In this document: positions 1-9,050 of the stretch, piece by piece
Position numbering within the stretch: the first letter of the stretch is position 1
Layout of the letters: each line of letters begins with the position of its first letter
NCBI GenBank assembly: GCA_963675495.1
Contig: OY776215.1
Span: 2,656,001-2,720,000, forward strand
From: an uncultured Methanolobus sp.
GTDB taxonomy: Archaea; Halobacteriota; Methanosarcinia; Methanosarcinales; Methanosarcinaceae
DNA length: 64,000 nt
Direction: 5' to 3'
Position numbers and translations under genes: made by a program
The notes under the pieces: generated by a model
The model's input: the letters and a program-made list of their open reading frames with translations, nothing else
Databases searched by the model: none
What the model was told of the DNA's origin: nothing

Positions 1-480
1 GTGTTTACCTTGCATGGAGTACCATTCTTCTTCCGCACCGGTACTTATTACCATCATTACTTTCTTGCCTTTCAACAATCCATTCTCATAGACTCTATTT
101 TTTATAGGGCTGAAGGCAAAACCTGCTGCAAAAACTCTATCTATCCATCCTTTCATGATGGCTGGCATTGCGGTAAAATAGATGGGAAAATGGAAGATCA
201 GGATATCTGCCCATTTTACTTTTTCCATCTCTGCCATTATATCATCGGAAAAAGTACCTTCTTTACTTGCGGTGATCTGTTCAATGAATGGGTTGAATGA
301 GTCTGTCTTCTTGCGTTGTAGAAAATCCCTTTTATCTAGCACAGGTTTGAAACCCATTGTATAAAGGTCAGAATGCCTTACTCTATTGCCCTTCTCCTCA
401 AGTTCTTTTACAGCTAGCTCTTTCATGAACGAATTGAATGATTTTGGTTCAGGATGCGCAAAAATATATAAGATATTCAT
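1..480 (-). CDS. NAD(P)H:quinone oxidoreductase, flavodoxin-like fold (runs off the left edge)
   Basis: Not in the ORF track; translated by hand from ATG 480: MNILYIFAHPEPKSFNSFMKE...SDLY...ADILIFHFPIYFTAMPAIMKGWIDRVF, the NQO/Flavodoxin_2 motifs. AGGGGG RBS upstream. Confidence 0.9.
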   Translation of the reverse strand, partial: MNILYIFAHPEPKSFNSFMKELAVKELEEKGNRVRHSDLYTMGFKPVLDKRDFLQRKKTDSFNPFIEQITASKEGTFSDDIMAEMEKVKWADILIFHFPIYFTAMPAIMKGWIDRVFAAGFAFSPIKNRVYENGLLKGKKVMMVISTGAEEEWYSMQGKH

Positions 481-603
481 ATTACCCCCTATACATCTTT
501 TATTTTGTAGTACTTATGCATTTGTGTGCTGAGCACTATAGGGGTGAGCTATTCATAGCTTCTGGGATATTAGCGTCAAAATAGGATATTTATCACATTG
601 ACT

Positions 604-1515
604 TTACTTACTCATGAATTCAATGATTTCATTAAGTAATTCTACAAGCTCGTCAAGTCTGTAGTTGTCGATGTCCTCACGCGTGGAGATTGATTTAAAT
701 GAGTGTGAGCCAGGTCTCATTTTTTTGTCCATGGCTTCAAGCATCTCTATAAGATTTTCGATCGCTTCAGAATTGATGTCAATTTCTTCTTTCTTTTCTA
801 TCAGGGTTCCAAGCAATTGCCACATCTCTTTATGTGTGTTGTTCTGAAAATCATAATAAAGAGAAATCTGTTCATCAGATATTGGATGAAAATTGATTTT
901 TATAATGTCTATCAGGAGATTTCTGATCAATTCTTTTGAAAGTAAAAATGTTGCCACAAAGAAGCCACGTTTGTAACATGAGTTTATTTCTGCTTTTATT
1001 GAATTGTAATGTTCATCAGAAAACCTGATATCCATGAATCTCTCATGTTTTGATATTGAAGATGAGGTTTGACCGTATATTGGATTGATCTTAACGAATT
1101 TCTCAATTTCAAAAGAGAAATCATTGATCCTTGGTGGAGCTGTTTTTAAAATTGATCTCTGTTCTTTCAGCCGCTTATATACGATGCTGTCTGTATAGCT
1201 TTTTGGCTTATCCTTGAAATAAACCCCTTGAATATAATCCTGCACGGTATAAGTGTACTCATTTGTTCCGGAACGTTTGTTTGTGTGATATAAGCTCTCA
1301 TATCTTGGTGCCTTATCAGGAAGCACACTTCTTATGATGGGCAAACATCGGGTGTACCATTTGGCATATTCCACAACGAATATATTTCGATTCTTTTGAT
1401 ATTCGTGCTCACTTGTTGCAATTTTATATTCCAGTAGTTCCAGCATCTCATCAGCTATTCTTACTAGTTCAGCTATTTCTTGTTTCGATGGTTCACTGGG
1501 ATTTTGTCCGGTCAC
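604..1515 (-). CDS. Hypothetical protein, possibly HEPN/DUF4145-like
   Basis: 303-aa ORF; C-terminal EINSCYKRGFFVATFLLSKELIRNLL...RPGSHS resembles DUF4145-type HEPN helices. Confidence 0.55.
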   Translation of the reverse strand: MTGQNPSEPSKQEIAELVRIADEMLELLEYKIATSEHEYQKNRNIFVVEYAKWYTRCLPIIRSVLPDKAPRYESLYHTNKRSGTNEYTYTVQDYIQGVYFKDKPKSYTDSIVYKRLKEQRSILKTAPPRINDFSFEIEKFVKINPIYGQTSSSISKHERFMDIRFSDEHYNSIKAEINSCYKRGFFVATFLLSKELIRNLLIDIIKINFHPISDEQISLYYDFQNNTHKEMWQLLGTLIEKKEEIDINSEAIENLIEMLEAMDKKMRPGSHSFKSISTREDIDNYRLDELVELLNEIIEFMSK

Positions 1516-1631
1516 ATATTATATTAAGACGGTACTAATATATAATGATATATATTCATATTATCAGGAAAGAATAGTGTTTTATCACATCAATTTAAAC
1601 ATATTTTATATCTTTTAAGGAGTGTGTTTCA

Positions 1632-2612
1632 ATGGATGTCCTCTGGCTTGAACAAGCAGACGTAAAAAATGTTATTGATATGCCTTTAACCCTTTCTGCA
1701 GTAGAGAATGGTTTTCGGGAGCATGGATTGAAAAAGGTACAGATGCCTCCAAAGTCCTATCTTTATTTCGATGAGCATAACGGAGACCTGCGCACAATGC
1801 CATCATTTATGGGGGAGCAGGATATAGCAGGCGTTAAAATAGTCAATGTGCATCCTGATAACAGGGAAAAAGGTCTTCCGACTGTGATGGCTGTCATCGT
1901 TCTCAATTCTACAGAAACCGGCGCTCCACTTGCTATTATGGATGGTACCTATATCACTGATATGAGGACTGGTGCTGCCGGTGGGGTTGCTGCAAAATAT
2001 CTTGCACGTCCGGATTCTCATGTAGTGGGGCTGGTAGGAACAGGTGGTCAGGCCCGAACCCAATTAATTGCACTTTCCGAGGTAATGGAAATTGAGGAAG
2101 TGAAGGTCACATGCAGGGATATGTCTCATTGTGAGTCTTTTCAAAAGGATATGCAAAAGGTTCTAAGTTGTGACTTTACACCGAAAGGGACTATAAAGGA
2201 TGTGTGTGATTGTGATGTTCTTGTGACGACCACGCCGGTTAGGGAACCTATTGTTATATCTGAGTGGGTTAATGAAGGCACTCACATCAATGCCATAGGT
2301 GCTGACGCCATGGGTAAGCAGGAACTGGACTCTGCTTTGTTGAAGAGGTCAAGGATAATCGTGGATGATATTGTCCAGGCATCGCATTCAGGGGAGATTA
2401 ATGTTCCTCTTTCAAAAGGAGTGATCTTAGAATCTGAGATTCATGCTGAACTTGGTGAAATTGTTGCCGGAGTGAAACAGGGAAGGCAGTCGGATGAGGA
2501 GATTACAATATTTGATTCCACAGGACTTGCTGTTCAAGACCTTGTGACTGCCAATATTGCTTATACAAAGGCTGTTGAAATGGGGATTGGGAAGAAGATA
2601 AAGTTATTCTGA
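1632..2612 (+). CDS. ala: Alanine dehydrogenase (ornithine cyclodeaminase/mu-crystallin family)
   Basis: GVKIVNVHPDN, TDMRTGAAGGVAAKYLAR, GTGGQA, HINAIGAD and FDSTGLAVQD motifs. Confidence 0.9.
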   Translation: MDVLWLEQADVKNVIDMPLTLSAVENGFREHGLKKVQMPPKSYLYFDEHNGDLRTMPSFMGEQDIAGVKIVNVHPDNREKGLPTVMAVIVLNSTETGAPLAIMDGTYITDMRTGAAGGVAAKYLARPDSHVVGLVGTGGQARTQLIALSEVMEIEEVKVTCRDMSHCESFQKDMQKVLSCDFTPKGTIKDVCDCDVLVTTTPVREPIVISEWVNEGTHINAIGADAMGKQELDSALLKRSRIIVDDIVQASHSGEINVPLSKGVILESEIHAELGEIVAGVKQGRQSDEEITIFDSTGLAVQDLVTANIAYTKAVEMGIGKKIKLF

Positions 2613-2671
2613 TGCTCAGGTATAACTCAGGAGCAGGCAATTCATATACAAAAAAGAAAATAATGTTTTAA

Positions 2672-3298
2672 GTGGAAGAATCTGAAGAAGAATTTGAAAC
2701 TGAGAATTTCTCAGAACTAATCAAATATACACTTCCCGGATACATTGTCGGCCTGTTCACAGGCGTATTATTGGATATGTATGGGTATCAGCGCAGTCCA
2801 ATAGGTCAGTGGCTGGTGCGTACACTTGCAGGTGAAGGGGAAAGTATATTCGAGGGATTCTATTCCATACGCCAGCACTTCAAACCTAGCGCTCAGACAA
2901 TGGCAGAAGCATATGGTTGGGGTAAACTCTTCGGTATTGCTGTTCCTTGGATAATTGACCTTGGAAGCCGGCTTGCGGGGGTTGATGTTTATGGTGTAGA
3001 AGGATTCTATATACCATTTTTCTATTCACTCAGCGACCAGATCGGAGCCAACATTTCAGGTCTGCTTTTTTTGAAGAGAAAAGAAGGTTCGTGGGAAGCT
3101 GCTTTTGAAAGGTATATTCATCATCCTGTTATGCTTGCAAGCCTTGCAGTTATATTCATTGTACCAATAGGTCTTTTAAGTGCACGTTTTCTTGGTTTTA
3201 GTCCAACAACGCAAACTTTCACTGCATTTGAAGCAATTGCCGCAAACCTCTGCTGGATACCTCCTCTTGTCGGATGGTTCAACGAAAGGAGAAAATAA
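2672..3298 (+). CDS. Hypothetical membrane protein
   Basis: 208-aa ORF with several hydrophobic segments. Confidence 0.75.
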   Translation: MEESEEEFETENFSELIKYTLPGYIVGLFTGVLLDMYGYQRSPIGQWLVRTLAGEGESIFEGFYSIRQHFKPSAQTMAEAYGWGKLFGIAVPWIIDLGSRLAGVDVYGVEGFYIPFFYSLSDQIGANISGLLFLKRKEGSWEAAFERYIHHPVMLASLAVIFIVPIGLLSARFLGFSPTTQTFTAFEAIAANLCWIPPLVGWFNERRK

Positions 3299-3438
3299 AA
3301 GCTTTTTTCAGTACTGCTAAAAACCAGCCAATATCTGAAGTTGAACAAAAATTTTAAATACAAATCTTTCATACATATGTAGTGTTAAGGCTACATATGC
3401 AGGACAAGATTCTTCCTGCAATTCAGGAAGGTGTAAAA

Positions 3439-3918
3439 ATGAAAAAAACAACATCAATACTCCTTGCCGGTATGCTTGTTGCAACCATTGCAGGGATAGG
3501 TATCGTAAGTGCAGCGGTCGATGAAACAGATGATACGACTTTCTTCGGACAGATGCACAGATGGGTAGCGAACAGAATGGGATATGGATATGAGCACTGT
3601 CCCGTTAACGGAGCATATGCATCTGATGGGACAACAGTTGCTGGGTTTGAAGTCGGAACAATTGATGAGGCAATAAAGCTTGCAGAAGATTCAACCGGTC
3701 AGAATATAGCAGAATCCAATATCTATCAAATGGGGCGATGGTGGGTATTCAGCTACGTGGATGATGAAGGCACCATCACTCAGGGACGTATCGATGCATA
3801 TACAGATGAAGTCATCGATGATTTCTACGCAAACCAGAGATCACAGTACTATCAGAGTGGACGCAGCATGCGCGGTAGTGGATATGGTGGCTGTGGCGGA
3901 GCCGGATACAGATATTGA
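3439..3918 (+). CDS. Exported hypothetical protein with Gly/Tyr/Cys-rich motifs
   Basis: Signal peptide MKKTTSILLAGMLVATIAGIGIVSA after a GAAGGTG RBS; GYGYEHCP and GYGGCGG segments. Confidence 0.8.
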   Translation: MKKTTSILLAGMLVATIAGIGIVSAAVDETDDTTFFGQMHRWVANRMGYGYEHCPVNGAYASDGTTVAGFEVGTIDEAIKLAEDSTGQNIAESNIYQMGRWWVFSYVDDEGTITQGRIDAYTDEVIDDFYANQRSQYYQSGRSMRGSGYGGCGGAGYRY

Positions 3919-4025
3919 TTATTGTCCATGTGACTTAATAATCGGGTGTGGAAGGTCGAAAAGTAATAATACATGCCTTCCCATATACTCTTTATTAAAA
4001 ATATAACTTTTAGGGTGAATATAAT

Positions 4026-4238
4026 ATGATGGGCAGTAGCATGTATGGTTATGGAATATGGGGCCTTCTTTTGAACATACTTATCATCTTTTTAGTTGTT
4101 TGGGTAACAGTCACACTTCTTAACAGGTCTGATTCCGGAAACTCTGGAAGCAACGAACGTCTGGCAAGGGTCGAAAAGGATGTGGAAGATATCAAAAAGA
4201 TGGTTCAGGATATAAAAGAAAAACTTGATGATATCTAA
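4026..4238 (+). CDS. Small membrane protein (one TM helix plus coiled coil)
   Basis: MMGSSMYGYGIWG, a TM helix, then heptad pattern LARVEKDVEDIKKMVQDIKEKL. Confidence 0.8.
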   Translation: MMGSSMYGYGIWGLLLNILIIFLVVWVTVTLLNRSDSGNSGSNERLARVEKDVEDIKKMVQDIKEKLDDI

Positions 4239-4294
4239 ATCCGGTAATAGGGTAAAATGCTTCAAAAACGGAATTAAAGATAGCAGGTTCCCAT

Positions 4295-4588
4295 ATGACA
4301 AAGACACTTCAGCAAATAATATCAGCCGGTGAAGCGATTTCCCATCCGGTAAGATTAAAGCTCCTGTATTTGCTCTCTGAAAGGGAGAGATACATTTATG
4401 ATCTTGCAAAGGAACTTCAGCTTTCCCGTCAGGTCATACAACTACATCTGAAGAGGCTGGAAAAAGCAGGATTTGTTGAAAGTGACCTGAGACTTGAAGC
4501 TAATGATAACAGGGCAAAGAAATTCTTCAAACTGAAAGAGTTCGATGTCGACGTGGGGATTGAAGATCTGGTCAAAATATTTGATTGA
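4295..4588 (+). CDS. ArsR-family winged-helix transcriptional regulator
   Basis: AISHPVRLKLLYLL...DLAKELQLSRQVIQLHLKRLEKAGFV. Confidence 0.9.
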   Translation: MTKTLQQIISAGEAISHPVRLKLLYLLSERERYIYDLAKELQLSRQVIQLHLKRLEKAGFVESDLRLEANDNRAKKFFKLKEFDVDVGIEDLVKIFD

Positions 4589-4589
4589 A

Positions 4590-5189
4590 TCAGGGTTTAG
4601 AACGAACCAGCCTGAAAACATCCCATATAGCCATATTCTTTACATCAATAACATTGAGACCTGCTTTTTTTATATTCTTCACCGTTTCACGGTTTATATT
4701 GACACCAGTGATTGCCGTGGTCAATGGGTTAAATATGTCTTCAAAGAACGCTATTAACCTTTTTTCACTTTTCATGTGTTCAAGGTTTATGACCGTACCT
4801 TCAGGTTTGCAGACACGTTTCATCTCTTCTAGTGCACCAATGGGCTCTGGAATAGAGCACAATACAAATGTTGTCACCACAAAATCAAAGCAGTTGTCCT
4901 TAAATCCAAGATGTTCTGCATCCATAAGGAAGAGGGAATGATTCTTCTTTCCAGTTGAGCGCTTTTTCGCATGTTTAAGCATCCCGGAACTTATATCCAT
5001 TCCGACAACATCGCAGTCTTTTGGATAATATCTTATGTTCTTGCCAGTTCCGACACCCACCTCAAGGACTCTCCCGGATATGTTGCCAAATATCTCTTTT
5101 CTCCATTTACTGTACCAGAAAAATTCGATTGGAATTTCCATAAGGTCATACAAGTAGGAGAAACGGTTGTATTTGGAAATGATTGACAT
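4590..5189 (-). CDS. Class I SAM-dependent methyltransferase (PmtA/UbiE-like)
   Basis: VLEVGVGTG motif I, FDFVVTTFVLCSIP, EMKRVCKPEG. Confidence 0.9.
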   Translation of the reverse strand: MSIISKYNRFSYLYDLMEIPIEFFWYSKWRKEIFGNISGRVLEVGVGTGKNIRYYPKDCDVVGMDISSGMLKHAKKRSTGKKNHSLFLMDAEHLGFKDNCFDFVVTTFVLCSIPEPIGALEEMKRVCKPEGTVINLEHMKSEKRLIAFFEDIFNPLTTAITGVNINRETVKNIKKAGLNVIDVKNMAIWDVFRLVRSKP

Positions 5190-5386
5190 ACATTTTTCTT
5201 TGATGCTATTTGCTTAAACAATCTATGGTTATCTTTGATCAGTTGATATTCCATTTATTTTTTCAGGAAATACTTTCTGTATCTTTGTTCTCGTAGCAAG
5301 TCTGCATTTACATGTGTGCTTTCTTTAAAAGCTCTCATATACCATGAGCTATTAACTTCCAGAAGGAAGTATAAAGGAAGGATAGC

Positions 5387-5815
5387 ATGGTCACGAAACA
5401 GGAAAAATTCTGGGAAAGGGATAATTATCTGGTTGTAACCGATGGTACAAAGCCTGCCATAAAATGGACGATAGCTGAACTCAAAAAAAGGGGAAAAACA
5501 CTTACTGTGCTTGACTACTCCGATAAACCGCTTGAAGATTCAATTCAGGATATATCAGCAGTGCCCGATAGTACGGAAAATGTCGTAATAGGTGTCACAA
5601 AAAGAGAACCTGCCAGAATCATTGAAAAAATGGCTGAAAGAGGCACCAGTGATTTCTGGGTACACTGGAAGACCGATACATGTGATGTCAATCATCTTGA
5701 ATATGAACCAGGACTTAACATAATCACCGGACGATGCCCCATGATGTATCTTGGTAGCAGTGCAAGTATACATGGTTTTCACAGGTTTGTTGCAATGGCT
5801 CTTGGAAAGTACTGA
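5387..5815 (+). CDS. CoA-binding domain protein (YccU-like)
   Basis: C-terminal GRCPMMYL...IHGFHR typical of the CoA_binding_2 family. Confidence 0.7.
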   Translation: MVTKQEKFWERDNYLVVTDGTKPAIKWTIAELKKRGKTLTVLDYSDKPLEDSIQDISAVPDSTENVVIGVTKREPARIIEKMAERGTSDFWVHWKTDTCDVNHLEYEPGLNIITGRCPMMYLGSSASIHGFHRFVAMALGKY

Positions 5816-5829
5816 AAACTAACTTTGAT

Positions 5830-5851
5830 CAGGATGGAATTTAGCATCCTG
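5830..5851 (+). terminator. Hairpin after the CoA-binding protein gene
   Basis: CAGGATG...CATCCTG inverted repeat just after the stop codon. Confidence 0.4.
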
Positions 5852-5904
5852 CAAAAATATAATAAGAATGATAACCTCATCTTAAGTGGAGTGAGGGTAG
5901 CAGG

Positions 5905-6987
5905 ATGGTAAATACTCTGTCCCATCTGGGTATTGGGCTTTTGATAGCATCAGTTGCAGGATTGAACAGCAGGCAGGTAAAGATAGTTGCTTTCATGGCA
6001 ATTCTTCCTGACCTTGACTTCATACTGAATGCACTGCTGTTGGCAATTGATCAGAACCTGAATCATCAGACTTACAACGGTCTGTATTACCTGATGGGCC
6101 ATCGAGAGTTCATGCATTCGATTATTTTTGCATCTTTTGTGATTCTATACATCTGGTTCAAAGAGAGGGACAGAACATTGACAATGGCTTCTGGTATTGC
6201 AATATTCAGCCATATATATCTTGATTATGTAACAAGCTGGAAAATGAGACCTTTCTTTCCCTTCGTAACAGATGCTTCTACCATAGGAGCAATTGATTTC
6301 TTTGATCCTGTTGTCACAATTATTTCTTTTATACCTATTGTTTACATTTTAGCGGAACATGCTAAGAATAACGGCAAGAACAAAAAAAATGGTATCAAAA
6401 GGATTAATGAGATCCTGAAAGACAGGGACAACTGGTTCAACGGTCTTTCAACAGGTAAACACAAAGCTCTTTACAGGAATCTTCTAATAATATTCACTAT
6501 CTGGTGTTTGTTTAATCCTCTTGCAAAAGTATTGTTCGTAGATCATCTTGAGGAATTTGAAGGGCATAATATAGATTATCAGGGTTCTTATCCGATATCT
6601 CCAGGTAAGTTCCTTTCAGCTTATTCTTACAATGACACACATTATCGAATATTCACTTCAAGCTACTGGAACGGAATAGAGAAAGCTACATTTGTCCCAA
6701 AGTATCCTGAAGATCAAAGTGAGTTTATGGAATATTTGTCAAGGGCTGAACTATTATACAAAAGCAGTCTTCCAGGAGAAATTGATTATCTGGTATACAA
6801 CGTTTCTGCTTCACAGGATAATGTAACGGTAACTCTTAGCGATGCAAGGAACCCTTTTGCACAATATTGGGCTTACTTTAAAACAGAATATGTATTTATT
6901 TTTGAAGTAGATTCTGAAAACTATCAAGTGTATTTGAAAAGGAATGCTGGGTATGGTAAAGTCGTACCTGTGAGTCTGTTTGAATGA
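5905..6987 (+). CDS. Membrane-bound metal-dependent hydrolase (YdjM/DUF457-like)
   Basis: SHLGIG, LPDLD, HREFMHS and SHIYLDY motifs; TM segments. Confidence 0.85.
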   Translation: MVNTLSHLGIGLLIASVAGLNSRQVKIVAFMAILPDLDFILNALLLAIDQNLNHQTYNGLYYLMGHREFMHSIIFASFVILYIWFKERDRTLTMASGIAIFSHIYLDYVTSWKMRPFFPFVTDASTIGAIDFFDPVVTIISFIPIVYILAEHAKNNGKNKKNGIKRINEILKDRDNWFNGLSTGKHKALYRNLLIIFTIWCLFNPLAKVLFVDHLEEFEGHNIDYQGSYPISPGKFLSAYSYNDTHYRIFTSSYWNGIEKATFVPKYPEDQSEFMEYLSRAELLYKSSLPGEIDYLVYNVSASQDNVTVTLSDARNPFAQYWAYFKTEYVFIFEVDSENYQVYLKRNAGYGKVVPVSLFE

Positions 6988-7143
6988 GTTTATGAACATA
7001 AAATTATGTATTAAGTACACGTCGAGCCAATTTGTGTTCATCTCTCTAAAAATATGCACGAACTCCTTATATACGAGTTCACAATTACTTTCAAATGCAG
7101 TCAATTAAAGGAGATTGTTATTTTGAGGGAAAATGAAAGCAAT

Positions 7144-7461
7144 ATGGTTATGGATATTAAAATCCATGAATTCGTTAACAAGGACACATGGCATCTGCAT
7201 CTTGCCCTGCACGCAAACAATGTGTTGCTAGGAGTAGCATTTGCAAATCTTGGTAACTCTAAGTACGATAATGAAACCGTGATAGCAGCAATACAAAGCC
7301 TGAAGAATGAATATTACAAGGCTATTGGTTCTCCAATGAGATACAAGGAAGGAAAACTTGTATTCCTGCCTGCTGATCAGGGTTTAATTGTAAAAGAGTC
7401 ACAGAAGCATCCTGGAGTGGAGATTACACATGTTTCTAATACAGGTAGATCAGTGGCTTGA
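7144..7461 (+). CDS. Hypothetical protein
   Basis: Open frame filling the intergenic space; start chosen at ATG 7144; no recognisable motif. Confidence 0.55.
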   Translation: MVMDIKIHEFVNKDTWHLHLALHANNVLLGVAFANLGNSKYDNETVIAAIQSLKNEYYKAIGSPMRYKEGKLVFLPADQGLIVKESQKHPGVEITHVSNTGRSVA

Positions 7462-7675
7462 TCATATTAATATGGATGCTGGCAACAACGATTCCCTCAG
7501 ATAAATGCATCCTCTTGAATTAATAACTTGTTTGCTTTCAACACGCCAGCATTTATATTTTCTTTAAAGAAAGCAAGCATCCGATTTAATTTTTAATTTT
7601 ATCCATTTTTAGTTCCATTTGGCACAATACTTTTAATATTGTACTTTTATAGTTAATTTAAGGAGGAGTTGGGTA

Positions 7676-7972
7676 ATGCTGGATGACGATGAATTAGATG
7701 ATTTTATAACTGCAAGACCTTCTGAAAGGGAGCGTGTAAAAGCTGAGCATGTGATAATACACAAAGCAGCTTCACATCCGGTAAGAAGACAACTCATAAA
7801 AGAAATAGGTGCTTTTGGAGCCACAAAGGCGAACCTTCTTGAAAAAACAGAACTTGATGAGAAAGTCTTTAAATACCACACTGAATTCCTGATAAACGGT
7901 GAGTTTCTGAACATCAGCGAAGACAAGTATTTTTTAAGTGACAAAGGGCTTGAACTTCTGGCTAACATCTAA
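7676..7972 (+). CDS. Small winged-helix protein, ArsR-like (resembles methanosarcinal Msr-type regulators)
   Basis: AASHPVRRQLIKEI...FKYHTEFL...YFLSDKGLEL; GGAGG RBS. Confidence 0.75.
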   Translation: MLDDDELDDFITARPSERERVKAEHVIIHKAASHPVRRQLIKEIGAFGATKANLLEKTELDEKVFKYHTEFLINGEFLNISEDKYFLSDKGLELLANI

Positions 7973-7990
7973 TATTCAGGAGATTGCCAG

Positions 7991-8665
7991 ATGAATGATA
8001 GAATGACTGCAAGGGCTGTATTTATTTCAGTTATTTCCATTTTCTTCTTATTTATGCTTGTATCCGGTTGTCTGGAAGATTCTCAGGAAGATATCAATAT
8101 TTCCGGAGAAGCAACGGAGTTTGAGGGGATGGAACTAACTCCGATCTCAGAGCAACGCAACAATGGCATTAAAGGTACTCAATACATAGATCAGGACACA
8201 TATGAACTTCGTGTTTACGGACTTGTAGACGAACCTCTTAATTTTACCTATGACCAGTTAGTTGCCTATCCTTCAGTAACAAGATTTGTGCGTATGGATT
8301 GTGTGGAAGGTTGGGGGTTCGATGCGAAATGGACAGGTGTGGCCTTGAATACGCTGTTTAATGAAACCGGCGTCGATAGTAGTGCAACCACCGTTATCTT
8401 CTATTCCGCAGATGGCTATTCAACAGGACTTGAACTTGATTACCTTGTGGACAACGACATTATTCTGGCTTATGAGCTCAACGATATCGTATTGCCTGCA
8501 GACAGGGGATTTCCTCTGCAGCTCGTTGCAGAAGTAAAATATGGTTACAAATGGGCTAAGTGGATAACAGCCATCGAAGTCACTGATGAACCATACAAGG
8601 GTTACTGGGAAAGTGCGGGGTACAGTAATAACGCAGATGTTGGCGGACCTGCTTTTGAGAAATAA
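7991..8665 (+). CDS. Molybdopterin-dependent oxidoreductase (sulfite oxidase/MsrP-like) lipoprotein
   Basis: LVSGC lipobox; MDCVEGW, RGFPLQLV, YGYKWAKWITAIE and GYWESAGY motifs. Confidence 0.88.
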   Translation: MNDRMTARAVFISVISIFFLFMLVSGCLEDSQEDINISGEATEFEGMELTPISEQRNNGIKGTQYIDQDTYELRVYGLVDEPLNFTYDQLVAYPSVTRFVRMDCVEGWGFDAKWTGVALNTLFNETGVDSSATTVIFYSADGYSTGLELDYLVDNDIILAYELNDIVLPADRGFPLQLVAEVKYGYKWAKWITAIEVTDEPYKGYWESAGYSNNADVGGPAFEK

Positions 8666-9050
8666 CTATTCTCTACTATTTTTTTAGGCCAATCACTGGT
8701 GCCAGATTATTACTTTATAATTGTATTTGGAAGTCGTTCTATTAAATTTGATCAACATATGTACACATTTCAATTTCACAAAAATATGTTCATTAGCTAT
8801 TTTGAGGTGATAATTTGGTGGGTACACTATATATAATAACTACTACTGGCCTGGTCAAAAACAACATTCTGAATATATTGTGCGTGTATGCTGGAATGAT
8901 GTCGACTTAGTCACATAACATTTTTAAAATTGTAAATATATACATATTTATAAATAGTATACATTCATTTTTATAAAAATATACGGTGTTAAAATACACA
9001 TTACTATCTTCCAATAAGGCATCACAAATCAGGAATTATGAGGTTATATC

